A stretch of 63,692 bases of DNA, filler included, from Hyphochytrium catenoides (lineage: Eukaryota; Protista; Hyphochytriomycota), in assembly GCA_900088475.1 (NCBI GenBank). It is 7 parts of 7 records of this genome, joined end to end, with 100 filler letters (N's around TTAATTAATTAA, not from the genome) between each part and the next. Parts side by side here need not be neighbours in the genome. Positions count along the whole stretch, not along the records: positions 41,574 to 51,580 come from FLMG01004123.1; positions 51,681 to 61,104 come from FLMG01004089.1; positions 61,205 to 62,536 come from FLMG01001887.1; 4 more parts are not named here. One strand, given 5' to 3'. Within the stretch, counting starts at the first letter, position 1; the number at the start of each line of letters is the position of its first letter. The translations under genes were made by a program, and so were the position numbers. Of this stretch, positions 50,240-62,300 are shown piece by piece. A model generated the notes under the pieces. The model saw only the letters and a list, made by a program, of their open reading frames with translations, made no database searches and had not been told where the DNA came from.

Positions 50240-50750
50240 AAGAGTGAATGATGCCTTCCCTAGTAAGAGCTCTGTTATGCACCCGAGAGCGACGACTGCT
50301 GGAAGAAATCCACCGCGGTGTGACTGCACCTCTCTATTTATTATTGCTAATTTAGAGCCATCCACAAGCCTGCTTGGCTATCATTTCATAGACTGATTGC
50401 CAATGAGCATGCTGAGCTATAAAGCAGCCATGGAAGGCCTGATCTATATATTAAACGCTTGATAAACATAGTAGGAAGGGCAGTACTATCTTACGACTGG
50501 TCGATGGTATGTACAAAGCTTACACGGAGAGCTGGCCCCCGATGAAGAGGAAAGGAGAGCTTCTCTCCCGGGCCTTCTGTAAGAGCTTTCGCGCCAAGAA
50601 GATTCTTCTTTATCTCTCCTCAGCAGGCGGACTCACAGCGATTGGGCTCTTTATAAAAGGCTTTGGGGTGCTGGTGGAACCATAACCAGGGTGGTTCTCA
50701 GCCTTGATGAACATGATAACTTGGGGGATGGGCTCGTTCGGCCCGGCGAA

Positions 50751-51260
50751 CTACTTCACAAGCAATGTTCTCCTCATGGCCTTTCGGGGCAGGGAAAAGG
50801 CGCGGGCAGGAGCTAAGATCTCTGCCGCCGTGGAATGATTGATTCTGCCGTTCCGACTCGCTATAGTAAGCTTTAGAAGACTACAGCCGGAAGTGCATCA
50901 CTTGAACACCAAGCGTCCACTGCCGTTTGAAGTAAAATGGGGTCGGGAGAGAAAGCCTTCTCACGGCCTAGCAGGAGCGATGACTTTGCTGCCAAACAAG
51001 TCCAAGCTGCAGCTGCAGTTCACCATCCCACAGGCCTGGCAGACGTCTGAAGAGAAGGTAGAGTCCACACTGGGTAGCCGTCGAACCAAATCTGGACTCG
51101 TGGTATGCGGCCGCCGTGGGGATGTCCTAGCTGTAGAGATGCCGGCAGTAGGGCGCTTAATTAGGGGTCGCTCCTGGAGCTCTCCATTGCTCAGCTTCTT
51201 CTTCAGGACAGAAAGCGCGCTCCGAGAGCGGTTCTGCGGTGGCATCTTTAGGGGTCGTCC
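50751..51260 (-). CDS. Possible small spliced gene of unknown function
   Basis: Non-repetitive basic ORF with CQACGMVNCSC. A plausible GTGAG donor (~50964) and TAG acceptor (~50881) add a second exon that repeats an (I/L)APAR motif. No homology recognised. Confidence 0.25.
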
Positions 51261-51680
51261 TGCAGGCACAGATTGGGCTAATCAGCTCTAACCGCTGGGT
51301 GAAGGCAGATCTTAGTTGAAATGATGTGTCTTGTTCTGGTTGTTGAGAGAGTGGAAAGCTAAAAAGTAACGAGGACTCTAGCTTCTTTCTCTAGCCAGTC
51401 GCCCGCTGAGGAGCAACGGGCAGCTTGTCATGTGCGCTCTCCCTAATCCCTCAGCTTTTGCTTCTGCAGGACCAGAAGGACTAAGTTGAGTTAGCTGTAG
51501 GCTTTGTCTGGCGCTAAGCAGGAAGTTGCTTGGAGGTCACGAAAGCCGTAGCCTTTCTTTCTCTCTGGTCTTTGTAGAGTNNNNNNNNNNNNNNNNNNNN
51601 NNNNNNNNNNNNNNNNNNNNNNNNTTAATTAATTAANNNNNNNNNNNNNNNNNNNNNNNNNNNNNNNNNNNNNNNNNNNN

Positions 51681-51878
51681 TCTCCCACGCCTTCTCCTCC
51701 TCCCACAGTCTCTCCCACGCCTTCTCCTCCTCCCACAGTCTCTCCCACGCCTTCTCCTCCTCCCACAGGCTCTCCCACGCCTTCTCCTCCTCCCACAGTC
51801 TCTCCCACGCCTTCTCCTCCTCCCACAGGCTCTCCCACGCCTTCTCCTCCTCCAGTCTCTCCCACGCCTTCTCCTCCA
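51681..51878 (+). repeat. 30-nt coding minisatellite TCTCCCACGCCTTCTCCTCCTCCCACAG(T/G)C
   Basis: Five full units plus shortened or degenerate units read directly; encodes SPTPSPPPT(V/G). Confidence 0.95.
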
Positions 51879-52847
51879 ATCCCCTCTACTCCGCCTCCAG
51901 GAACCCCCACTCCTTCTCCTCCTTCTCCTCCGCCGTGCTCTGAAGGAGAGGATGGCTGCATTGACATCATCAAGCCCCCGAAAGGCTGCTTATTTGACTG
52001 GAAAATCAGGGTCGAGCAGGGAATCTTCGCCAAGTTTCTGAACAAGTGGCGCAAGAAGATCACGCTCGACATCTCGGCCACTGGTCAGGGAACAAAGAGA
52101 TGGGCAGGCAACGGCATTGGCCTGGCGCTGGGCGGCTGTCACCTGATCGCGCAGATGCTACGGCAGAAGCTTTTCGTCGTGACTGGTGGTGCCACTTGGT
52201 CAGGGCAAATGAGCGGTAGCACTGACGTTAGAGCGCAGCTGATCCAAAGTATCCAAAACCTTGGCCAGTTTGTCCCCGTAGAAATCTTGTTGGAGGTCCC
52301 TAACGTACTCAAGGCGATCGCGGCGGACATGGCCGCTGGTGGCTCGGTATCCACTCAGCTGAATGCCGCCATCAGCGCCAATATCAACGCGAAGATGGCT
52401 TACAGCTTGATCTGCATCATCACCGGCCAGGGCGCCTTGATTAAGAACGAGGACGAGCTGCTATCGGCTTTCATGGCCATTGTGGAGGGGAAGATTGTCG
52501 GTGGAGCTGTCAACGCTGAGTCCTTGGGCGTGAGCTGGATGGAGGGCTTCCAGCTGTATCAGAAGGCCGGAGGCTCATGCAGCGACGTTGTCTTCTCGCT
52601 TCTTGGTAAGGTCAGCCAGTTCCTGTTCACTAAGACTCAAGGAGTGCTTGAAGCAAGTACTGGTGGCGGACGTCAGGGCGGGGGCGGATTGTTCTCGCTT
52701 CTCTTCTCAAAGCATGGAGAGGTCTCTGGCTCTGCAGGCGCGAGAGGAGGATTCTGGGGCCACTTCAAGGGCCTCTTGGGGTCGACGAAGGCTGATCTTT
52801 TCGGCATCAAACATAGAAGAGTTTTAAGAGAAAAAGAAGAGGAGTGA
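51681..52847 (+). CDS. Pro/Ser/Thr-repeat protein with unknown C-terminal domain; 5' end missing
   Basis: The frame is open from the scaffold start at 51681 and continuous with the 52155-52847 ORF: (SPTPSPPPTV/G)n, then CSEGEDGCIDIIKPPKGCLFDWK..., then a helical Gly/Ala-rich domain. Strongly coding-like GC3 bias. Confidence 0.8.
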   Translation, partial: SPTPSPPPTVSPTPSPPPTVSPTPSPPPTGSPTPSPPPTVSPTPSPPPTGSPTPSPPPVSPTPSPPIPSTPPPGTPTPSPPSPPPCSEGEDGCIDIIKPPKGCLFDWKIRVEQGIFAKFLNKWRKKITLDISATGQGTKRWAGNGIGLALGGCHLIAQMLRQKLFVVTGGATWSGQMSGSTDVRAQLIQSIQNLGQFVPVEILLEVPNVLKAIAADMAAGGSVSTQLNAAISANINAKMAYSLICIITGQGALIKNEDELLSAFMAIVEGKIVGGAVNAESLGVSWMEGFQLYQKAGGSCSDVVFSLLGKVSQFLFTKTQGVLEASTGGGRQGGGGLFSLLFSKHGEVSGSAGARGGFWGHFKGLLGSTKADLFGIKHRRVLREKEEE

Positions 52848-52979
52848 ACAGAAGTCTTTCCTGTCTTTTTCTCTGTTTCTTTCTCTCTCTCTTTTCCGCG
52901 GACGGGAAGAATAGTTATTGGAAGACAATTCTCTTATCGTGCTGCACTTTCCTTTATTCAAGCCCTCTTTGTTTGTTTA

Positions 52980-53010
<31 letters not shown>

Positions 53011-54299
53011 CCCCTCTCTCTCTTTCTCTCTCTCTTTCTCACTTTCTCTCTTTCTGCCTTTTTATATTGTTTATGACAGCAGAGGTGCTGGTCCTTTGTG
53101 GTCATATTTATAGCTTATAAAAAAAAGAATGAAAGCCGTGTCACCTCTTATGCAAGCCAGTCGCTGAATTCATAGAAATTGTCACGTTTGTTTGCCAGTG
53201 CCATGAGCAATCCCAGCTGGGGATCGACGATACGATGCAGAGGCCACTACTCTTTTCTCCTTATTTATAGAGGAAGAAAGAAGAAGAAGTTAGAAGTGAA
53301 GAAGGAGAAGAGAAATAGAGAAGAGAAGGAGAAGGAAAGAAAGTAAGGAAGATCGACAAGAGATAAAGGAGAATTCTGTCTCTCTTATCATCATTCACTA
53401 ATACTTTACTAGGAAACAGAGAAAAAAATACTGAGGAGGCCAACAATGACTCTTCCTCTTCTGCTTAGAAGTGTGGAGCAGATCGAGTTGCTGAAGAGAC
53501 CAAGGCTTCAATGTAGCTCTTGTTGGTCTCTCCTTCTTCTTGTGTCTTCTTCTCTCTCTTGTCTACTGGCTTCTTCTCTCTTCGAGGAGTAGTAGTCAAA
53601 AAGGTTAAGAAAAGGAGAAGAAAGAAGAAGAAGAAGCGATGAGAACAGTCACTTCCTCAGCAAAAAGGGTGCGAAGAACGAGGAGGAAGACACCTTTTGC
53701 CCTGAGTCGGGGCTCACAAGGAACTTTCATGGCTACGAAATGGGACAAGAAAGTCTCCACACAAGAAGATGATGAAGGCCAAGCTCAAGACGAAAAGGAA
53801 GGAGGACAACGAGGCCAGGAGGAGGCTTGTGCATCCAACAAACGACAATAAAAGTGGGAGGAGGGAAGAAAGTTTAACGCGATGCAGCAGGAGTCGCTGC
53901 TGGCAGAAGAATCTACTCGCGGCGCTTGCGCGAAGAAGGGAACTGAGTGTACGCTAACATGCTCAAAAGAAAAGCTCTGAACGAAGAGTATCCCGTCGAC
54001 GAATGTACGCTCACGCACGCGGTAAGCTGACGATACAACGAGCGTTAATAGGCTTCCTGTCCCAAAGAGTCTCCTTGATCTTCAGACACATACTTCTGCA
54101 GCATACTTCCCAAGGTCCTGAGAAGAAACTCTTCCCTCGCATTTCTTACACTTGTCCACATTTCATCATCAGCGATGGTGCTGCTGGGTTCTTCTCTAAA
54201 AGAGAGGAGCAAGGTGATAGAAGAGGAGCACGAAGTATCCAAGCTTTTAGGCATCCAGGGAATCGGGAGCGGCGCATAGAAACGAGACAAACGCTGCGG

Positions 54300-54800
54300 C
54301 GGCGGAGAGAGCTCTCAGAACCTTGCGACAGTTTGTTGAAGAAGAATGTGTATGTCTTCTGAAGACCAGCAGCATTATTATTGGGACAGGACAGGAAGCT
54401 TTACCCTGTATGGTCAGCAGCTTACCGCCGCCTGAACGCAGATTTATCAACTGGAGAATCTCAGCTGCAAAGCTTTTCTTGGAAGAAGATCCAACCTTCT
54501 TGCTTGCCGGATGCTAGGGACAAACCTGGCCACAAACGAGAGTGTAAGAAGAGGACACCTGGGCAGCAGCTGCGAGGAGACCTTGTGAAGCTTCTGACGA
54601 GCCGGTTTCCAATTGTTTGCCTCTGCCCACCAGCTCCACCTGAACTGAGAACGAAGAGCGTCGTTGCTGAAAAATGGTCCTTCTTGTCTGTTATATCTGC
54701 ATTTGCCTTGACTGCTTGCTGGCCAACCACCTGATAATCCGCTGGATGAGAAGATCGGACCTGTGGATGGGATGCCGGCCTCTTCTCTTTTTAGAAAGAT
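54300..54800 (+). mobile_element. Possible decayed LTR-retrotransposon RT fragment
   Basis: QDRKLYPVWSAAYRRLNA (cf. DGxLRxCxDYRRLN), followed by a degenerate P..CLC..AP segment and ICLDCLLA (cf. VYLDDILI). Confidence 0.33.
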
Positions 54801-55137
54801 TCTCAGGACGGACGGCGAGTAGCTCCTGACGCGAAGAGTCAACGAATGGCTCCGACGGCGGATGCTCTCTTCCTCTTTTGCATCTTCTTAGCATAGCCTG
54901 TTGGCCCAATCTCTCTTGGCATGTCAACGACTTCTAACTTTGCATCCTCAGGTAGACTGACACTCTCTCGGAGAGAGACTCTTTCCCTTGCCCTCTAAAT
55001 GGCAGTTGATCAAAACTTCTCTTCGAAGTAGGAGGAGACACTTTGTTACCTGCGCGTTCTCCCGCGAAATCTTCCTCTGCGTGGTCGGTGCTTGTCTGAC
55101 CGGAGGGCCTGGCCAGCCAACGGATAGACAAAAAAGC

Positions 55138-55184
<47 letters not shown>

Positions 55185-55404
55185 CTCTCTCAAGATCCGT
55201 CCTTGGTCTCGTATAGGACATTGTTGTCGTCACTCTTCTTGTCTCTTGGTCGCCATCTTGGTCAATCTTCTTTTTGTCACCTTTACCGGTGGGAGGCGTG
55301 GCACAGTCTTGGCTGATCCCAGGACTCAGTGATATCGATCGCTGCCGTGGTTACGGGCACCACACGCTCACGCTCGTGACTGTGCCACACCTTCCAACCG
55401 ATAA

Positions 55405-55665
55405 AGGGGACAGAAAGGAAGTAGAGGAAGAAGAAGAAAAAGAAGACAGAAAGGGAAAGAAGAAGAAGAGAGAAAGGGAAAGAAGAAGAAGACAGAAAGG
55501 GAAAGAAGAAGAAGAGAGAAAGGGAAAGAAGAAGAAGAGAGAAAAGGAAAGAAGAGGAAGACAGAAAGGGAAAGAAGAAGAAAAGAGAAAGGGAAAGAAG
55601 AAGAAAGAAAAAAAAGAAGACAGAAAAGGAAGAAGAAGAAGAAGAAGATGAAGACAAGAAGAGCT
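55405..55665 (+). repeat. Almost purine-only higher-order repeat built from GA(C/G)AGAAAGGGAAAGAAGAAGAA units
   Basis: Read directly: about 260 nt of A/G with rare pyrimidines, in recurring imperfect units of roughly 20-25 nt. Confidence 0.85.
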
Positions 55666-56944
55666 AAACTCTCTTCTTTGACCAAAGCTAATAACTGACA
55701 GTCGATTGCTCATCATCTTCGGGAGAAAGAAAGAAAGAAGAGAAAGAAGCGAAGGCGAGAGAGAAAAGAAGCAAAAGGAGAAGGAAGAAGAAAGAGACAA
55801 GAGCAAAGACAACTTTCCTTCTTAAGGTTGCCAAAGAAGAAAGAGTAAGAAAAACGATGTGCAGAAAGGAAAGAAGATGGGAAGAGAGAGGGAGGAGATG
55901 TGAAGAAAGAAAAAAGGGAAACATAGAGCGAGAAAAGAAGAAGGAGACAGAGCGAGAGAAGAAGAAGGAGACAGCAAGGAAGAAGAAGAAGAGATGGAGT
56001 CTTCAGCTCTCTCCCTCTCTCTACATCGATCAGAGAGGAAAGAATCATGGTAGATCTTCGTCGGCGCTAATGATGAAAAAGAAGAGAGAATGATGTCTCA
56101 AGGCGGTCACCACCACTCGGTGAGAGGAGAGAAGGATTCAACCATGGAAGGGAAGTGCTCTCTCTCTCTCTCTGTCTTTTTCTCTCTCTCTGTCTTTCTT
56201 TCTCAATTTCTCTCTCTCTCTCTCTCTTTTCTCTCTCTCTCTCTCCCATAACAACTGCTATATACATAGAGTTCTTTCTCTCTAATTCTTTGCCGTCCTC
56301 TGTCTCGTTGCTCTCTGTCTCTTTGCACTCCTCTTCTCTCGCTTCTTTTCCATCGTAAGCCCCAAGAAGTGGATAATAATTGAGGACAATGAGCAATGAA
56401 GACCAGCAGAGCCTGGCACGGCAAAGTGGAAGAGTGGCCGACAAGGTGAGCGGTACTGTCCTTCTGACAACCCTTGGACTCTTTGATCAGGTGAGTAAGA
56501 GGGTGGTCAAGAGAAAAGAGAGAGAGAGAGAGAGAGAAGATAGATAGATAGATAGAGAGAAAGATAGAGAGAACGAAGAATGAATGAGAGAGCGAGAGAG
56601 AGAGAGGGGAGAGAGAGAGAGAGAGAGAGAAAGCGAGAGAGGAGAGAGAAAGAGAGAGAGGAGAGAGAGAAAGACGAGTAGAGAGAAAGAGAGAGAAAAC
56701 AAAGAGAGACAAGGATGGGAGACAGAAGGCAAGAGGAAGAGACATTTGCCTTGTTGGTGTTTATATGAAAGATTGTTTTTAGAAAGAAGGATGCAGACAG
56801 ACCTCTGATTACATCTCCTCTTCTCCCTCTCCGCCTTTTCCTAGCACGAGCAACAGAGAAAGGGAAGAGAGACAGTGGCACACTTCTTCCAATTCAAAGC
56901 CGTTTATTGCTGCCATGGATGGAAAGAGAGAGAGGAACGCGCAG

Positions 56945-56984
<40 letters not shown>

Positions 56985-57217
56985 AAAGAAGAGGGAACGA
57001 AGGGTTGCAAGTAAGTGGTGACCGTGAAGAGGGGAATAGTACACTTTATTGGTACTTTTTTATAATATGATAACAGAGGAGAAGAAGCTGAGTAGTCGCC
57101 ATGTTCATCGTTCTCTCTCTCTTTCTCTCTCTCTCTTTACGGGGTGAATGAACCTTATACATAGACGCTAAACACTCATCACTACTTTTTCTCTCTCTCT
57201 CTCTTTTCTTGTCCTCC

Positions 57218-58936
57218 TTAAGCGTCAAAGGCGAACTTGAAAAGATAGGCAAAGAGAGCGGAGACTAGCGCAGCAAACGGAAGAGTGGTGACCCAGGTCA
57301 GCGCCACAGTTCCGACTAATGACCACTGGACTCTCTTCCATCCCAGAGACGCCACAGAGACGAAGATCACGGCGCCAACCTGACAATGCGTAGAAGAGAC
57401 TGGAAAGTTCAAGAGAGACGCAATGACAACGGTGCATGAAGAGGCAAACTCTGTGCAGAAGGCTCTGTGGAAGTTGACAATGGCAATGTTCCGTCCCATG
57501 GTCTCCATAACGCGATATCCCCAGACCAAGATGCCGACAGCGAGGATAAATCCGGCCGATGTCATGATCCACCACGGAGCTTCAGGATTCGTACAGTCGT
57601 CAATGCCATTGGAAAATCCATTGACAACTGCAGATAGAGCAGCAGTGGCATTGGCAGTGTCATTGGATCCATGAGCAAAAGACTGCAGACAGGCCACGAG
57701 GATGAGGACAAACTTGAACATCCACATTGCGTCTTCTTGCTCCGTAGACAGAGCTTCGTACTCATTGACAACCTGCAGAGACGCGCGCAAAGGCGTGTCA
57801 GAGACAAAGGAAAGATGAGGATCGTGCACAGCCTCTCCGGCAGCCACGGCAGTCTTCGTAAGATCGACGGATATGCCTTCGGGAGTCTCACTCTTGGTAT
57901 GCGCTGAGCTTGTCCTATCGCGTCCTGCCTGCGGAGTATTCTTCTCCTGGAAGTCTGCTGCCTCGCTCATGAGATGAGCCATGTCGAGCTTATTCTTCTC
58001 ATTGACAGAAGGAAGATTTCTCTTGAGATATGGAAGAAGAAAGACGATGATGATAACCGCGACAACACCGCCTGCGCTAAGACCGATGACAGCGCCAATC
58101 CATTTGGCCTTCTTCTTGGTAGCCGGAGATTTATTGAAGGCCAAGAAAACGATGACGAAGACGACCAAGAAATAGATAAAAGGCAGCGCGATAAAGGCGC
58201 GTTTCCTAGGGCTGGAGGCCGCGAAGATGAAGTAGTACGTGCTATAATAGATAAAGAGACAGACGACACCTGAGAGAAAAGGAGAGATGAACCAAGAGGC
58301 GATGATCCCGCCAAGATTTTCCATTCCCCACTCAATGCAGGAGAAGCCCGTGTATGTCACCGTCATACCAGCGACAGCAGAGACGATGGCGTGCGTTGTA
58401 GAGACCGGCATCCGGAACCACGTGGCCAGCACCAAGAAGGTTGAAGCTCCAATGAGCGCGGCCATCATGCCAACATAATAGAGAGTCATCGAAGAGTTGC
58501 AATAGCCACAAGCAAAGCAATCGGGATCCTTGAAGTTGCTAATGCCTTTCTGGATGCTGGTGGAGACGCCATAGCCCAATGTCGAAGCTCCCAGAATCTC
58601 AAAAAAGCCAGCCAGCAGACAGGCAGGACGCAGCGTAATAGCAAAGGAGTGAATGGCCGTTGCCCATGCATTTGCGCCGTCATTGCCGCCAATGGCAAAG
58701 GCCATAACCGCAGCAAAGAACACGGTGAAGATCAGGAGATAATAGTTATGATAAGGCGAGATATAATCTTCATTATACGGCGCGCAGGTGTCCAGACTGG
58801 AGCCCGATGGCGGCTTGGTGCCATCGGCATTCAACTCCGTCAGATATTGACAAGAGAAGACGCCGGTTTGGCAGACATTCTCTGCCAAAAAGCGCAAACC
58901 CGTAGATGCGGCCGTGATACCGAGAGAGAGAGCCAT
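57218..58936 (-). CDS. PiT/SLC20/PHO4-family inorganic phosphate transporter
   Basis: Intronless 572-aa ORF with both PiT signatures (AFAIGGNDGANA and SFAHGSNDTANA), both PVSTTH/PVSSTH motifs and a central hydrophilic loop. Confidence 0.96.
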   Translation of the reverse strand: MALSLGITAASTGLRFLAENVCQTGVFSCQYLTELNADGTKPPSGSSLDTCAPYNEDYISPYHNYYLLIFTVFFAAVMAFAIGGNDGANAWATAIHSFAITLRPACLLAGFFEILGASTLGYGVSTSIQKGISNFKDPDCFACGYCNSSMTLYYVGMMAALIGASTFLVLATWFRMPVSTTHAIVSAVAGMTVTYTGFSCIEWGMENLGGIIASWFISPFLSGVVCLFIYYSTYYFIFAASSPRKRAFIALPFIYFLVVFVIVFLAFNKSPATKKKAKWIGAVIGLSAGGVVAVIIIVFLLPYLKRNLPSVNEKNKLDMAHLMSEAADFQEKNTPQAGRDRTSSAHTKSETPEGISVDLTKTAVAAGEAVHDPHLSFVSDTPLRASLQVVNEYEALSTEQEDAMWMFKFVLILVACLQSFAHGSNDTANATAALSAVVNGFSNGIDDCTNPEAPWWIMTSAGFILAVGILVWGYRVMETMGRNIAIVNFHRAFCTEFASSCTVVIASLLNFPVSSTHCQVGAVIFVSVASLGWKRVQWSLVGTVALTWVTTLPFAALVSALFAYLFKFAFDA

Positions 58937-58947
58937 TCTGCTTCCTT

Positions 58948-59011
<64 letters not shown>

Positions 59012-61204
59012 CCTTTTAAACCTCGATTCTTTTCCTCTCTGACTGGCGCCAACCTCGTGTCCGCGCCAGGGAAATGTAGAAGTGAGGAAAGAAAGAGAGA
59101 GAGACCTAGAACCTCTTCGTTCTTTCTCTTCTCTCCTCTCTTCTTGATAGTCCCTCTCTTGGCAATATGACCGAGAGGAGAATGGATGAAGATTCCATCG
59201 AGAGGAGAGTAGTTCTAATGAGATAGAGAAAAGAAGAGAGAGAGCAAGGGAAAGATAGAGAGAAAAAGAGAGAGAATAGACACAGAGGGAATGATAGAGT
59301 GCAGTGCGGGAAAGAACGAGGAATCTTACGCTCGATCAGAAAGAGAGAGAACCGGGGCGGCTGTGAGAAGTAAGAAGAGGAGACATTTATTCTCCAAGAT
59401 ACAGAGTCTCAAGAGAGAGAGAGAGAGAAAGAGACAGAGAGAGAAAGAGCGAGAAAGAGAGGAGAGAGAGGGACAGAGAGAGAGAGAGANNNNNNNNNNN
59501 NNNNNNNNNNNNNNNNNNNNNNNNNNNNNNNNNNNNNNNNNNNNNNAGAGAGAGAGAAAGAGAGAAACTGAGAGGAGTGGACAAGCAGAACTGTGATGGG
59601 TTAAAAGGTCACCAGTCGTGGTCTGATAAACGAGACAGAGAACGTAAGAGAAGGGTTCATCATATATATATTGGCTAGTGCAGTAAGAGAAAGAGCGAGC
59701 GAAGAGAGACGTCCCGTGCCATTGGATAATTGATGTAAGCGGAAAAGAGTCAGTCCAAAAGCTGAACCAACGCGTCAAAAGAGATAAAAACGAAGGAGGG
59801 CCAATAACTCTTCAGAACGCTTCAAAGTTGCAGAAAGAAGGCAGTTTGAGAGAGGGCAATCGGTGATACGAGACAGAGCAACACTACAACGAGACAGAGG
59901 TCTTTCAAGGTAGGGTAGATCAGGCTATATCAAAGCAAGAGATGGAAGCTTGAAAGCTTTAGACATTTGGATCCCTGCATGGTTTGGCGCTTCACGATTT
60001 CTTCAAAGGTGAATGATGCGTGTGACGCCAGGCTCAACCTTCGTCCTGATCCTCTGCCGCTTCTTCTCAGCTTTAATGCATATAAATTTGTAGAAAAAAA
60101 TGAGAAATTGCTCCAGCTTATTTCTTTTTCTTGTAGAATCAGACACCATTGAGTGTAAATAAAGACTTCAATGCTATGAGTTTATTGTTGGCTTTATTGA
60201 GGTTTTATCTTTAAAACCACACATGAGAACCTCCTCTTTTCCGATCCTATTCACCCTGTTCTCTGATCAGAACTCAGAACCATTCATACGTGAAGGAGGC
60301 TATTTGTTGACTTGTCTTCCCTGGTCGAAGATGCGGCCTCTCACTGGCAGGAATATAAGCTACTATGTCGAAGACAGGGGAATCGATCTTCGAATCTTAG
60401 CCCGTCGCAACTGCACCTTCGGGGCCAAAGAGTCACTGGTCAATACTTGCCCACGATCAGGAATGAATAAAAGAATTCTAGTGTAGAATCTAGAATATAG
60501 TGCAATGGGTTTGCAATATCCGTTGCCGTTGTGCAGGTGGTACAGCTGAACAAGTTCTATTGCCCACCCTGTTGCCTTCTTGCTGTGACTGTGACAAAAA
60601 GAACGACAAGTAGAACTACACTATGTTTATTTTGGAGGTGAAGGTTTTATCCGGCCTTCAAATTTACTTCTATATTTATACTTCTATCAATCACCTTTAT
60701 AGGAGTAATAAGCCTTATTTATTGCAGTTCTTATTTATTTAGTGTTTACTAGAACATTTCGGAAGAAACTTTGGGAGCCAGAGAAAGAGCGTGCGGTCCT
60801 CCAAGGACCGCATGGCAAAAATTCTTTTTTTCCCTCCTACAATTTATAAAATGCAAAATTCGAGGTTGGATGGGCCCTCACCTACCCGTCTCGATTAACT
60901 CTGTGTGGGAGCTCTGCCAGACAGATAAGACCAGGATTGAGACAGAATAGGATAACAGTATGTAAAGGCCTATTATCAGCTTTAGGAAGATAAAGCAGAA
61001 CAACCAGAGAGATGGACGGAGAAGCACTCGGTCGAATAACTCTCTCTCTCAATCACTGTTTGCCAACTCCACTCTCTCTTTCTCTCCTGCCTTTGGGGGT
61101 GGGGNNNNNNNNNNNNNNNNNNNNNNNNNNNNNNNNNNNNNNNNNNNNTTAATTAATTAANNNNNNNNNNNNNNNNNNNNNNNNNNNNNNNNNNNNNNNN
61201 NNNN

Positions 61205-62300
61205 GACCACACGGTACGACCTTGATGCGAGCCTATCACGTCCTTATAAGGTACCAGCTACCTGCCTCTCAGAAAGACATGATCCACTGCCTTCATCTCT
61301 CTCATTTGCCTCTCTAGTCCGGTCCCTCGATCCCATTAGGTCCTTTACAGAGCATCAAAGCCCAACTCGATGTGCCTATCATTCCTTCGCCTATCGTTCT
61401 CAGCACTAGCTCCTTCGGAGGGAAGACACATCATCAGAGGCAAGGCTGACCGTGTGAGACGAACAGTGCGTTGGATCTCGGGAGACTCTATATAATACGC
61501 CCTTGTGGCCCTACTGTCACGAACCGAGGTGCTTAAAAGGGCAAGACCGAGGACCAAAAAAGCTACAATAGACTCCTGAGAGATTGCCCTGTCACCTGCT
61601 TAAGCCATGGCACATTGTGCTCTTTCTATTTCGTCCCAGGCTGTGCACAAGGAAGGCAGAAAGGCGGATTTCACGTTGGAGTGTACGGTCGGAAAGCATG
61701 GAAGCAGCGCAGCGGCCGGGTGACTCCCACCGCCGTGGTAATCATGGTATAGCATTCCAGCCTTCTGATCAGTGCAAGGCAAGGCCGTGGGGAGTTGTTT
61801 AGGGAGCGAAGGTATTATGATGACGCGGTCACCCCCTCGCTCTCTCTCGAATCAAGTAGTGAACTGTGAGAGAGAAAGGAACACACTCATTAAATCTACC
61901 ACCATGCCAGCAGAGGCCCAAAAGAGGGTCTTCTTTCCTCTGTTCCGACTGTGACTGACAGCCACCGCAGCATGAGAGTCGTAGAGGCAGACCGACTGCA
62001 GAATATTCAATGTTGAAGTTTACGCGGAAGGACAGCTCCAAATTCTTTAGCTCGTGGTCCGTCCCATTGCCCACCAAATAATTATAATTGAGCGGCAGCA
62101 GCAGCAGTCTGCTATCAAGAAATTCAAGCCTTTCTTACTAAAGCGCCATCGGAAAGAGCATTTCTTCAGACCGCGTGCTTGGCACAGAAATAAGGCCAGA
62201 GGAGGGAGCGAATGGCAGAATACCTCTATTAGCACACTATGGTGTATGTGGTTCAAGTGCGATCTGCGCTGTCTCCTTCTGCCTTGCTAAAAAAATAAAT
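61205..62300 (+). mobile_element. Probable decayed Ty3/Gypsy RT-RNaseH relic
   Basis: YDL..AYHVLI (~61215), IPLG (~61330), PLFRL-VTDS (TDAS-like, ~61950), IIER....SAIKKFKPFLL (RNase H 'ERE...AIKKFRPYLL'-like, ~62085-62140). Confidence 0.45.

Noticed and set aside
51625-52081. Minus-strand WEEEKAWERL / GGGEGVGE repeat proteins, or a CRISPR-like array
   Set aside because: These are antisense frames of the + strand Pro-rich coding repeat. Units are head-to-tail with no spacers and there are no cas genes.
3743-58936. A lipid/phosphate metabolic gene cluster (phosphatase, acyltransferase, Pi transporter), or a ciliary gene cluster
   Set aside because: The genes are on different scaffolds joined artificially, so adjacency carries no information.
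60794-60810. CGGTCCT-CCA-AGGACCG hairpin followed by a T-run (terminator or Helitron end)
   Set aside because: Eukaryotic context, no adjacent gene or CTRR end, and a 7-bp stem can occur by chance in 64 kb.
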